Shown piece after piece: positions 24,525 to 36,564 of a stretch of DNA of 64,000 nt. Each line of letters opens with the position of its first letter. The first letter of the stretch is position 1. Both the position numbers and the translations under genes were made by a program. The stretch spans positions 1,302,001 to 1,366,000 of the forward strand of contig NC_086098.1 of the NCBI RefSeq assembly GCF_963921235.1, read 5' to 3'. The notes under the pieces were generated by a model. It did no database searches. It was given only the letters and a program-made list of their open reading frames with translations, and was not told the DNA's origin. The DNA is from Mobula hypostoma. Its lineage: Eukaryota.

Positions 24525-26197
24525 TGTTCACGAGCATGATTAGGTTTATGAGGATGCTTCTGGGAATGAAGGGGTTAACATATGAGGAGCGTTTTGCAGC
24601 TTTGGGCCTGTACACACTGGAATTTAGAAGAATGTGGGGGATCTCATTGAAACCTACTGAATGTTGAAAGGACTAGAAAGGATGGCTATGGAGAGAATAC
24701 TTCCTCTGGTGGGGGTATTCAGAACTAGAAGGCACGGCCTCAAAATTAAGGGTCATCCTTTTAGAACAGAGGTAAGGAGGAATTATTTTAGCCAGGGAGT
24801 ATTGAATCTGTGGAATTCTTTGCCACAGACTGCAGTGGAGGGTATATTTAAGGTGGAAGTTGATTGTTTCCTGATTGGTGAGAAGGCAGGTGTATGGGGT
24901 TGAGGGTCAGAGGATAGTAAATCTGTGGAATTTGTTGCCACGAGCAACTGTGGTGGCCAAGTCATTGGGTGCATTTAAGGCAGAGATAGATAGGTTCTTG
25001 ATTAGCCAGGGCATCAAAGGGTATGGGGAGAAGCAGGGGAGTGGTGATGACTGAAAGAATTGGATCAGCCATGATTGAATGGTGGAGCAGACTCGATGGG
25101 CCAAATAGCCTACCTCTGCTCCTATATCTTATGCTCTTATCCTGAGGCGGTGCCCTCTTGTCCTAGACTCCCACCGTGGGAAACATCCTTTCCACGTCTT
25201 TCTGTCCAAGCCTTTCAACATTCAAAAGGTTTCAATGAGATCCCCCCTTATTCTTCTAAATTCCAGCGAGTGCAAACCCAGGGCCACCAAACATACCCCG
25301 TATGATAACCCTTTCGTTCCTGGAATCATCCTTATGCACTGTCTCTGGACCCTCTCCAATGCCAGCACATCTTTTCTCAGATGAGAAGCCCAAAACTGTT
25401 CACAATACTCAAGGTGAGGCCTCACCAGTGCCTTATAAAGCCTCAGCATCACATCCCTGCTGTTGTATACCAAACCTCTTGAAATGAATGCTAACATGGC
25501 ATTTGTCTTCCTCACCACTGACTCAACCTGCGAGTTAACCTTTAGCTTGACCCTTTGCATCTCAGCGCTTTGGATTTTCTCCCCATTTAGAAATTAGTCT
25601 GCGCATTTAATTCTACTACCAAAGTGCAAGACGGTGCATGAAGTGCATTGTATTTCATTTGCCACTTTCTTGCCCATTCTCCTAATCTGTCTAAGTCCTT
25701 CTGCAGCCTACCTTTTTCCTCAACACTACCTGCCCCTCCACCGATCTTCTCATCATCTACAAACTTCTAACAAAGCCATCTATTTCTTTATCTAAATCAT
25801 TTATATACAGCATAAAAAGAAGTGGCCCCAACACCATCCCCTGCAGAACACCACTAGCCACTGGCAGCCAACCAGAAAAGGATCTTTTTATTCCCACATG
25901 CTGCCTCCTGCCAATCAGCCAATGCTCTAACCATGCCAGTAACTTTCCTGTAATACCATGGGCTCTTAACTGGGTAAGCAGCCTCATGTGTGGCACCTTG
26001 TCAAAGACCTTCTGAAAATCCAAGTATACAACATCCACTACACCCCCTTTATCTATCCTACTGGTAATCTCCTCAAAGAATTCCAACAGATTTATCAGGA
26101 ACCTATGCTGACTTTGTCCTATCTTGTCCTGTGTCACCAAGTACTTCATACAATCTGAAGAGAAAAAAAAACAAGTACTCCATAACCTCATTCTTAA
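24525..26197. mobile_element. CR1 3' fragments (+ 24525-25140; - 25141-26197)
   Basis: ORFs 24661..24903, 25222..25560, 25757..26191. Confidence 0.85.
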
Positions 26198-29100
26198 CTA
26201 AATTAAGGTTTTAATTAAATGAGTCTCAGAGTGAGATTAAATTAAACCTGAGTCTCAGAGTGAGGTTAAAGTTAACCAAATACTCAGAATGATATTATTT
26301 AACCAGAGGATGAGAATGAAATTAATGTAAACCTGATTGTGAGAATCAGATTAAATTGAACAAGAGGATGAAAGTGAGATTAAATTAAGCGAGAATCTCG
26401 GAGTGTGATTAATTTAACCCCAAGTCTCAGAATGAGATTAAATCAAACCAGATCCTCCATCAGGGACATTTATCAGGATCTCTGAGTATGCTGGGTCCTC
26501 AATATTATTAAGGTACCTACCCATCCACCCAGCATCCTCTTGTTATTTGTGTATGATTCATCTGTAGATTTAATCCTTACCTTCAATGTTATCGCGTGTG
26601 TATGTGTACTAATATGCTTTACACGCTGGTTCAAAAAAACATTGTCTTGTTTCTACGTACATTATATGGTCATATACATGTATATAATTAAATAACAATA
26701 AATTTGTCTTGACTTGACAAGACTTGAAATTAAACTAGATCCTCACAGTGAGATTAAATTAAACCAGACCTTCAGAGTGAGATTAAATTAACCCAAATCC
26801 TCAATGAGATTAAATTAAACCTGGGACGAGAGCGAGTTCAAGTTAAAACAGAGTCTCAGAGTGAGATTAAATTAAACCTGAGTGTCAGAGTGAGGTTAAA
26901 TTTAAACCAGATCCTCAGAGCAAGATTAAATTAAACCAGAGTATCAGAGTGAGATTAAACTAAAACAGAGTCTCAGAGTGAAATTAAATTTAACCAGATT
27001 CTCAGAACAGCAAACTGTTGAGGCCAGTTCATTAGCTATGTTTAAAAGGAAGTTAGATATGGCCCTTGTGGCTACAGGGGTCACGGGGTATGGAGGGAAG
27101 GCTGGGTTCTGAGTTGGATGATCAGCCATGATCATAATAAATGGCGGTGCAGGCTCGAAGGGCCGAATGGCCTACTCCTGCACCTATTTTCTATGTTTCT
27201 ATGTTTCTATGAGAGAGAGATTCAAGTAAATTTAAATCTCAGAATCAGATTAAATTAAACCAGATCCTCAGAGCAAGATTAAATTAAACCAGAGTATCAG
27301 AGTGAGATTAAACTAAAACAGAGTCTCAGAGTGAAATTAAATTTAACCAGATTCTCAGAATGGCATTAAATTAAACCAGTCTGTCTTTATGAGATTGAAT
27401 TAAACCAGATCCTCAGAGAAACGTTAAATTAATGCAGAGTCTCAGAATAAGATTAAATTAAACCAGTTTCAGAGTGAGATTAAATTAAAGCAGATTCCTA
27501 GAGTGAGATCAAACTAATCCAGATCCACAGAGTGAAATTGAAATAAATCAGACTCTCAGAGTGAGATTAAATTAAAGCATATCCTCATTGCGAAAATAAA
27601 TTAAACCAACTCTTAGAGTGCGATAATATTAAATCAGATCCTCAGAGTGAGATTAAATTAAATCAGTGTCAGTATGAGATCAAATTAAAACAGTCTACAG
27701 AGTGAGATTAAATTAAACCACATCCCCAGAATAAGAGTAAATTTAACCAGAGGATGAGAGAGAGATTCAAGTAAATTTAAATCTCAGAATCAGATTAAAT
27801 TAAACCAGATCCTCAGAGTGAGATTAAATTAAACCTGTGCCCCAGAGTGAGATTAAATTAAAGCCGTGCCTCAGAGTGAGATTAGTTGGCACTTCCATCG
27901 TATCCTGGACAACAGACTACCTGATTGGCAGACCAGAGTTTGTGCGGCTTCAGATCTGTGTGTCAGACATGGCTATAAGCAGCACTGGGGCACCACAGGG
28001 GACTGTATTGACTCCCTTCCTGAGAATAACCAGATCGTCAGAGTGAGATCAAATTAAACTTGATCCTCAGAGAGGTATTAAATTCGACCAGATTCTCAGA
28101 AAGAGATTAAATTTTAACAGAGTCTTAGAATGCAATTACATTAGGGATTCCAGGGATCCAGCGTGAGATTAAATTAAACCTGTGTTTTAGAATGAAATTA
28201 AATTAAACCAGATTCCCACAGTGAGATTAAATTAATCCAGATCCTCATAGCGTGATTAAATTAAACCAGATATTCAGAGTGAGATTAAATTAATCCAGAC
28301 TGGCATTGATCGTGTGGATAGTCAGAGGCTTTTTCCCAGGGCTGAAATGGCTAACACAAGAGGGCACAGGTTTAAGGTGCTTGGAAGCAGGTACAGAGGA
28401 GACGTCAGGGGCAAGTTTTTTATGCAGAGAGTGGTGAGTGCGTGGAATGGGCTGCCGGCGACGGTGGTGGAGGTGGATACAATAGAGTCTTTTGAGAGAC
28501 TCCTGGATAGGTACGTGGAATTTAGAAAATTAGAGGGCTATGGGTAACCCTGGGTAATTTCTAAAGTAAGTACATGTTGGGTACAGCATTGTGGGCCCAA
28601 GGGCCTGTATTGTGCTGTAGGTTTTCTATGTTTCTATTAACTTTCTGTGTTTCAGATATCCAGAGTGTGAATACATTGAACCAGATCCTGAGTGAGATTA
28701 AATTAAACCAGGGGGGCATAGTGAAATTAAATTAAAGGATAGTCTTAGATTGAGAATAAATTAAATCAGAGATTACATTAAACCAGTTGCCTAGAGTGAG
28801 ATTAATTTAAACTAGGCTCTCAGTATGAGATTAAATTAAACTAGAACCTAAGAGTGAGAGTAAATTAAATCAGTCTGGGAGTGATATTAAATTAAAACCA
28901 ATCCTCTCAGTGAGATTAAATTAAACCTGATCCTCAGTATGAGATTAAATTAAACCAGATCCACGGAGGGAAATTAAATTAAAACAGAGTCTCAGAGTGT
29001 TATTAAATTAAACAAAATCCTCAGAGTGAGATTAACGTTGTACAGAGTCTCGGAGTGAGATTAATCTAACCCACTTCTTCAGAGCGAGATTAAATTTAAC

Positions 29101-29817
29101 CAGATCATCAGAGTGAGATCAAATTAAAGCTGATATTCTGTGTGAATTTAAATTCAACCAGACTGTCGGAATGACAATAAATTAAACCAGTCACAGAGTG
29201 AGATTAAATAAAACCAGAGAAGGAGATTGTAATTAAATTAAACAAGATTCTTATGGTGAAATTAAGATAAACCAGACTCCAAGAATGAGGATTAATTAAA
29301 GCAGTTCTTCAGATTTAAATTAAATTAAACCAGAGTCCGGATGAGATTAAAGAAAGCTCAAGTTTTAGAGTGAGATTAAATTCATCCTGCATCTCAGAGA
29401 GAGACTGAATGAAATCAGAGGCGCATAGTGAAATTAAATTAACCACGAGTCTCAGAATGAAATAAAATTAAACCAGATTCCAAGAGTGAGATTAAATGAA
29501 GCCAGGTCCTCAGAGTCAGATTAAATTCAATCAGAGATCCAGTGCGTGATTAAATTAAACCAGAGTCTCATATGAGATTCAATCGAACCCGTGTCTCATA
29601 GTGAGATTAAATTAACCCAGTTCCTAAGAGTGAGATTAAATTTAACCAGATCAGCAGAATGATATTAATTTCATCCAGTGTCTCAGTGTGAGATCAAATT
29701 AAACCAGAGTCTCCGTGGGAGAGTAGATTATACCTGAGTGTCAGAGTCTAGCTAAATTAAACCTGAACATCAGAGTGAGATTAAATTAAACCAGATGCTC
29801 AGCATGAGAATGAATTA
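26198..29817 (+). repeat. 29-bp satellite array with embedded Rex1-like (26460-26725, 27885-28020) and CR1 3' (27008-27210, 28300-28640) fragments
   Basis: Long monomer runs; GAPQGTVLTPFL in ORF 27837..28046; CR1 tails. Confidence 0.9.
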
Positions 29818-30418
29818 GACCATATGGCCATAAAATATAGGAGCAGAAGTAGGCCATTCAGCCTATCGAGTCTGCTTTGCCATTCAATCATGGGTGATTC
29901 AATTCTTCCAGTCATCCCCACTTCCCTGCTTTCACCCATACCCTTTGATGTCCTGGCTAATCAAGAACCTATCTATCTCTGCCTTAAATACACCCAATGA
30001 ATTTGCCTCCACAGCCGCTTGTGGCAATAAATTCCACAGATTTTATCACCCTCTGATTAAAGTAATTTCTCTGCATCTCTGTTCTAAATGGACGTCCTTC
30101 AATCCTGAAGTCGTGCCCTCTTGTCCTGGACTGCCCTACCACAGGAAATAACTTTACCATATCTAATCTGTTCAGGCCTTTTAACATTCGGAATGTTTCT
30201 ATGAGATCCCCCAACCCCCATACCCCCATTCTCCTGAACTCCAGGGAATACAGCCCAAGAGCTGCCAGACATTCCTCATAGGGTAACCCTTTCATTCCTG
30301 GAATCATTCACGTGAATCTTCTCTGAACCCTCTCCAATGTCAATATATCCTTTCTAAAGTAAGGAGCCCAAAACTGCACACAGTACACTAAGTGTCGTTT
30401 CACAAGTGCCTTACAGAG
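29818..30418 (-). mobile_element. CR1 3' end
   Basis: ORF 29984..30307 LGLYSLEFRRM...TRGHD. Confidence 0.9.
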
Positions 30419-30475
30419 CAAACATTCTCGCGGGCAGGTGTGTTAAGAGCTGCTGGGGAGGGTTTAGACTAACCG

Positions 30476-30887
30476 GGAATTAAACTTGTCCCAGAATGAG
30501 ATTAAATGTAATGTGAGGTTAAAGTAAACCAGATTTTCTGGGAAATTAAGGGTTATGGGGAAAAGGCAGATAAGTAGAGATATGTCCATGGCCAGAAAGC
30601 CATGATCTTACTGAATGGTTGAGCAGGCTCGACGGGCCAGATGGCCGACTCCTGCTTCGGTTTCTTATGTTCTTATGTTCAGAGTGAGATTATGTTAAAC
30701 CCTAACCCTAACCCTCATGAGAGATTAAATTCAACCAGATCATCAGAGTGAAATTAACATTAAAAGTCTTAGAGTGACACTGATTAAAACAGAGATTAAA
30801 CTAAACAATGTCCTCAGAGTGAGATAAGTTAAACTAGATACCCACAGCGAGATTGAATGAAACCAGATCCTATAGCAAGTTAAATTA
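30476..30887 (+). repeat. 29-bp satellite with a CR1 3' end (30545-30680) and (AACCCT)3
   Basis: Monomers; tcttatgttcttatgtt tail. Confidence 0.8.
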
Positions 30888-31715
30888 AACATAGAAACAT
30901 AAAAAACCTACAGCACAATACAGGCCCTTCGGCCCACAAAGAAATTACTAGGCTTACCTATAGCCCTCTATAAATAATCTTTCAGAAATAGTAGGGGACA
31001 GAGGGTCCAGTGAGATGGAGGAACTGAGGGAAATACATGTCAGTAGGAAAGTGGTGTTAGGTAAATTGAAGGGATTAAAGGCAGATAAATCCCCAGGGCC
31101 AGATGGTCTGCATCCCAGAGTGCTTAAGGAAGTAGCCCAAGAAACAGTGGATGCATTAGTGATAATTTTTCGAAACTTTTTAGTTTCTGGACTAGTTCCT
31201 GGGGATTGGAGGGTGGCTAATGTAACCCCGCTTTTTAAAAAAGGTGGGAGAGAGAAACCGGGGAATTATAGACCAGTTAGCCTAACATCGGTGGTGGGGA
31301 AAATGCTAGAGTCAGTTATCAAAGATGTGATAACAGCACATTTGGAAAGCGGTGAAATCATCGGACAAAGTCAGCACGGATTTGTGAAAGGAAAATCATG
31401 TCTGACGAATCTCAGAATTTTTTGAGGATGTAACTATTAGAGTGGATAGGGGAGAACCAGTGGATGTGCTATATTTGGATTTTCAAAAGGCTTTTCACAA
31501 GGTTTCTATGTTTCTATGTTTCTATTTTTCTAAACTCCATGTACCTATCTAAAAGTCTCTTAAAAGACCCTATTGTTATCCGCCTCCACCATCATTGCCG
31601 GCATCCCATTCCACGTACTCACCACTCTCTGCATAAAAAACTTACCCCTGACATCTCCTCTGTGCCTACTCCCCAGCACCTTAAACCTGTGTCCTCCTGT
31701 GGCAACCATTTCAGC
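30888..31715. mobile_element. CR1 3' end (-) interrupted by a CR1 RT fragment (+, 30971-31525)
   Basis: ORF 31015..31425; host tagccctctat resumes as ttttctaaactccatg. Confidence 0.85.
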
Positions 31716-31719
31716 TCAT

Positions 31720-32110
31720 AAGAGTTCATCAGAGTGAGATTAAATTTAACCTGATACTCAGTGTGAATTTATAATCAACCAGAATCTCAGAATGAGATGA
31801 AATTAAACCAGTCTAAGAGTGTGATTGAATTCAACCTGATCATCAGTGAGTTTAAACTGGTTGAATTTAATCACACTGAGGATTTGGTTGTATTTAATCT
31901 CACTGAGGATCTGGTTGAATTTAATCACACTGAGGATCTGGTTGAATTTAATCACACTGAGGATCTGGTTGAATTTCATCTCACTGAGGATCTGGTTGAA
32001 TTTAATCACACTGAGGATCTGATTGAATTTAAACTCTCAGAGGATCTGGTTGTATTTAACCTCACTGAAGATCTGATTGTATTTAATCTCACTGAGGATC
32101 TGGTTGAATT
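31720..32110. repeat. Satellite (+) followed by an inverted homogeneous 27-bp variant array (31857-32110)
   Basis: About nine copies of TTGAATTTAATCACACTGAGGATCTGG. Confidence 0.9.
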
Positions 32111-32112
32111 GC

Positions 32113-35100
32113 AATGAGGTCCTAAAAGAGAATTTAGAGAGCTAGGTAGGAAGCTGAGAAGCAGGACCTCCCGGGTAGTAATTTCTGGATTGCTGCTTGT
32201 GCCACGCACCAGTGAGGGTAGAAACGGGATGATCTGGCAGACAAATACATGGCTGAGAAGCTGGTGCAGGGTCAGGGCTTCAAGTTCTTGGAAAATTGGG
32301 ATCTCATCTGGGGGAGGTATGACCTCTTCGAAAGTGATGATTTGCACCTGAACCCGAAGGGGAGCAATCTTTGGGCGGGCAGGTTTGTTAGAGCTGTTGG
32401 GGAGGGTTTAAAATAACTCGGCAAGGAGTGGGAACTCAGGAGAGGACGGATGGTGAAAAAGTAAAGACAGCATTCAGTCAGACTGTCAGGAAGGGCAGAC
32501 AGGTGATGGGACATAGTCGCAGCCAACAGGCTGAGTATCCAAACATTAGGGATGCAGAGTCAGAAAGGATAGCAAATATGGTACTCAAGGTGTTGTATCT
32601 AAATGTGCGTAGTATAAGAAATAAGGTGGATGATCTTGTTGCACTATTACAGATTGCCAGGTGATCGTGGCTGAAGGATGGTTGTAGCTGGGAGCTGAAT
32701 GTCCAAGGTCACACATTATATTGGAGGGATAGGAAGGTAAGCAGAGGGGGTGGTGTGGCTCTACTGGTAAAGAATGGGATCAAATGGACATTAAACCCTT
32801 GGACACTAACTCATTGTCTAAATATATAGTATTTCTGTTTTTTGCACGATTTCAATCTGTTCACCATACATATACTGTATAAAGTATAATGAATAAGATT
32901 TACCTATTTATTATTTTTATTATTATTATGTTATTTTTTTCTTGTATAATATTATTGTATTGAACTGCTACTACTAAGTTAACAAATTTCATGTCACAGG
33001 CCGGTGATAATAAACCTGATTCTGATTCTGATTCAAATCAGTAGAAAGATGTGATATAGGATCGGATGATGTTGAATCTTTATGGGTTGAGTTAAGAAAC
33101 TGCAAGGGTAAAAGGACATTGATGGCAGTTATATTCAGGCCTCCCAACAGTGGCTGGGATGTGGACCACAGGTTACAATGGGAAATAGAAAAGGCGAGTC
33201 AAAAGGGCAATGTTATGGTAGTCATGGGAGATTTTAACATGCAGGTCGATTGGGAAAATTAGGTTGGTAATGGATCTGAAGAGAGTGAGTTTGTTGAATG
33301 CCAAAGAGATAATTTTAGAGCAGTTTGTCGTTGAGCCTACTAGGGGATCAGCTATACTGGATTGGGTGTTATGTAATGAACCAGAGGCGGTTTGGGAGCT
33401 TAAGGTGAAAGAACCCTTAGGATCCAGTAATCACAATATGATTGTGTTCAACATGAACTGTGATAGGGAGAAAGTAAAGTCTGATGTAGCAGTATTTCAG
33501 TGGAGTAAGGGAAATTACAGTGGTATGAGAGAGGAGTTGGCCAAAGTAAATTGGAAGGAGCTACTGGCAGGGATGTCAGCAGAGCAGCAATGGTGTGTGT
33601 TTCTGGGAAAAATGAGGAAAGTGCAGGACATGTGCATTCCAATAACAGAGATACTCAAATGGTAAAATAGTACAACCGTGGCTGACAAGGGAAGTCAAAG
33701 CTACTGTAAAAATAAAAGAAAGGGCATACAACAAAGGAAAAATTAGTGGGAAGATAGAAGATTGGGACGTTTTTAAAAACCTACAGAGAGCAACTAAAAA
33801 AATCATTAGAAAGGAAAAGTTGAAATATGAATGCAAGCTAGCAAATGTTACTCCACTCTTTAAGAAAGGGGGAAGGCAGCAGAAAGGGAATTATAGAACA
33901 GTTAGCCTGACCTCAGCGGTTGGGAAGATGTTAGAGTCAATTGTTAAGGATGAGGTGATGGAGTACTTGGTAACACAGGACAAGATAGTACAAAGTCAGC
34001 ATTGTTTCCTTCAGTGAAAATCCTGCCTGACAAACCTGTTGGAATTCTTTGAGGAGATTACAAGTAGGATAGATAAAGGGAATGGTGTGTATTTGGACTT
34101 TCAGAAGGCCTTTGACAAGGTGCCACATATGACACTGCTTACCAAGAGCCCATGATATTACAGGAAGGTTACTAACATAGTTAGAGCTTTGGCTGATTGG
34201 TAGGAGGCAGCGAGTGGGAATAAAAGGATCCTTTTCTAGTTGGCTACCAGTGACTAGTTGTGTTCCATAGGGGTCGGTATTGGGACCACTTCTTATTATG
34301 CTGCATATCAATGATTTAGATGATGGAATAGATGGCTTTGCTGCCAGGTTTGCAGATGATACGAAGATTGATGGAATGGCTGTAGTATTGAGGAAACAGG
34401 TAAAATTCAGGACTTAGACAGATTAGGTGAATGGGTAAGAAAGTGGCAAATGAAATACAATGTTGGAAAATGCATGTTCATGCACTTTGGTAATAGAAAT
34501 ATATGTGTGGACTATTTTCTAATCGGGGAGAAAATCCAGAAATCTGAGATGTAGAGGAACTTGAGAGTCCTTGTGCAGAACACCCTGAAGGTTAACTTGC
34601 AGGTTGTGCTGGTGGTGAGGAAGGCAAATGCCATGTTAGCATTCATTTCAAGAGGTCTAGAATACAAGAGCAAGGAGGTGATGCTGAGGCTTTATAAGGC
34701 ACTGGTGAGGCCTCACCTTGAGTATTGTGAACAGTTTTGGGCCCCTCATCTTAAGACATTAAGACAGAGTAGATGTGGAAAGGATGTTTCCCATGGTGGG
34801 AGAGTCTAGGACAAGAGGGCACAACCTCAAGATAGAGGGGTACCCTTTCGAAACAGGGATGCTAAGAAATTTCTTTATCCAGAGGGTGGTGAATTTGTGG
34901 AACTTGTTGCCACGTGCAGCTGTGGAGGCCAGGTCGTTGGGTGTATTTAAGGCAGAGATTGATAGGTTCTTGACTGGGCATGGCATCAAAGGTTACGGGG
35001 AGAAGGCCGGGAACTGGGGTTGAGGAGGTGATAGAATAAAAAGGATCAGCTATGATTGAATGCAGAGCAGACTCAGTGGATCAGATGGCCTAATTGTGCT

Positions 35101-35125
35101 TCCATATGTTATGGTCTTACGGTCT
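32113..35125 (+). mobile_element. CR1 (ORF1 end, EN, RT with deletions, 3' tail) with a Rex1 tail inserted at ~32787-33032
   Basis: YLNVRSIRNKVDD; ORFs 33264..33665, 34561..34809; tcaaat repeated on both sides of the Rex1 tail. Confidence 0.9.
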
Positions 35126-35385
35126 AAATAAGAGATCCAGTGTGAGATTAAATTAAATAAAATGCTCAGAGTGAGTTTAAATTACTCCAGGTCCTCCGAG
35201 TGAGATTAAATTCAACCTTGTCTCAGACAGAGAATAAACCAGATCCTTAGAATACTATTAGTTTAATCTAGAGTTTCAGAGTGAGATTAAATTTAACGAG
35301 GCTTAGATTGTGCTTTATTTTAACCAGATCCTCGGAGGAGAATAAATTGAACTGGATCGTCAAAGTGAGATTAATCTAATCTCAA
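35126..35385 (+). repeat. 29-bp satellite array
   Basis: Degenerate monomers. Confidence 0.85.
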
Positions 35386-35389
35386 AGCC

Positions 35390-36135
35390 TCTTTGTATGT
35401 TAGATCTGGCTTTACTCCATGCACTATGCTTGCTGTTCTCGCATGACCTTTATCCTCCTCCACCTCACTATCTGCTCTAACACCCTGGTTCCCCTCCCCC
35501 TGCAAATCTATTTTAAACCCCCCAGAGCAGCACTAGCAAACTTTCCCACAAGGATGTTACTCCCCCTCCAGTTCAGGTGTAACCCGTCCTGTCGGAACAG
35601 GTCCCACCTTCCCTGGAACAAAGACCAATTGTCCAGAAACATGAAGCCCTCCCTCCTGCACCAACTCCTTAGCCATGTAATTAGCTGCATTATCTTCCTA
35701 TTTCTAGCCTCACTAGCACGTGGCGCGGGTAGCAATCCTGAGATTGCAACCCTGGAGGTCCTGTCCTTCAACTTTGCACCTAACTCCCTAAACTCGCTTT
35801 GCAGGACTTCCTCCTTCTTCCTATCCACGTCATTGGTCCCTACATGGACCATGACATCTGGGTGCTCACCCTCCCTCTTGAGAATACCGAGAACTCGATC
35901 CGAGATATCGTGGACCCTGGCACCAGGGAGACAACAGACCATCTGGGATTCTCGATCTCTTCCACAGAACCTCTTATCTGTCCCCCTAACTATTGAATCT
36001 CCTATCACTACTGCTCTCCTCTTTTCCTTCCTTCCTTTCTGAGCTGAGGGTCCCGTCTCTGGCACTGAGACGCAACCACTGCAACTTGTCCCTGGTAAGT
36101 CGTCCTCACCAACAGTATCCAAAACGATATACTTA
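35390..36135 (-). mobile_element. CR1 ORF1 SGNH/GDSL esterase domain
   Basis: ORF 35508..36122 VVIGDSIVRG, HVGTND, DGLHLN. Confidence 0.9.
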
Positions 36136-36263
36136 CTATTGATGGGAAAGAAAGGAAGTTAGCCTAACCTCCGTAGTTGGGAAAGCGTTGGAATCTATTA
36201 TCAAAGATGAGGTTTTAGGGTAATTGGAGACAATGATAAAATAAGTCAAAGTCAGCATAGTTT

Positions 36264-36562
36264 CTACAACTGCAGAGAGAGTTACTGGCAATCTGGAGAA
36301 CATTTTCAGTGGACATGCACAGCCCGTATCTATCAAATCATATAATGGACAATTCAAGTGATATTGTGAGAGTAATGGAATTAAACACCTGAAAACAACG
36401 CCATAGTGGGCTCAGGCAAACGGTGGAGTGCCAAAATGCAGCTCCAACTGCTTGAGCGGGAGGACTTGACTGGAAACGTGAACTGAGAAAGTACATGAAT
36501 GTGTACAAATGTGGAATGTGCCACTACAAGGAAAAGTTCTGCTGCACTCCTCTACAACTGCA
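36264..36562 (+). pseudogene. Gypsy-type integrase core remnant
   Basis: Reads TTAERVTGNLENIFS...PVSIKSYNGQFK*YCESNGIKHLKTTP*WAQANG. Confidence 0.7.
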
Positions 36563-36564
36563 AA

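Noticed and set aside
31797..32117. ORF with DLVEFNHTE repeats
   Set aside because: Translation artefact of a 27-bp satellite variant
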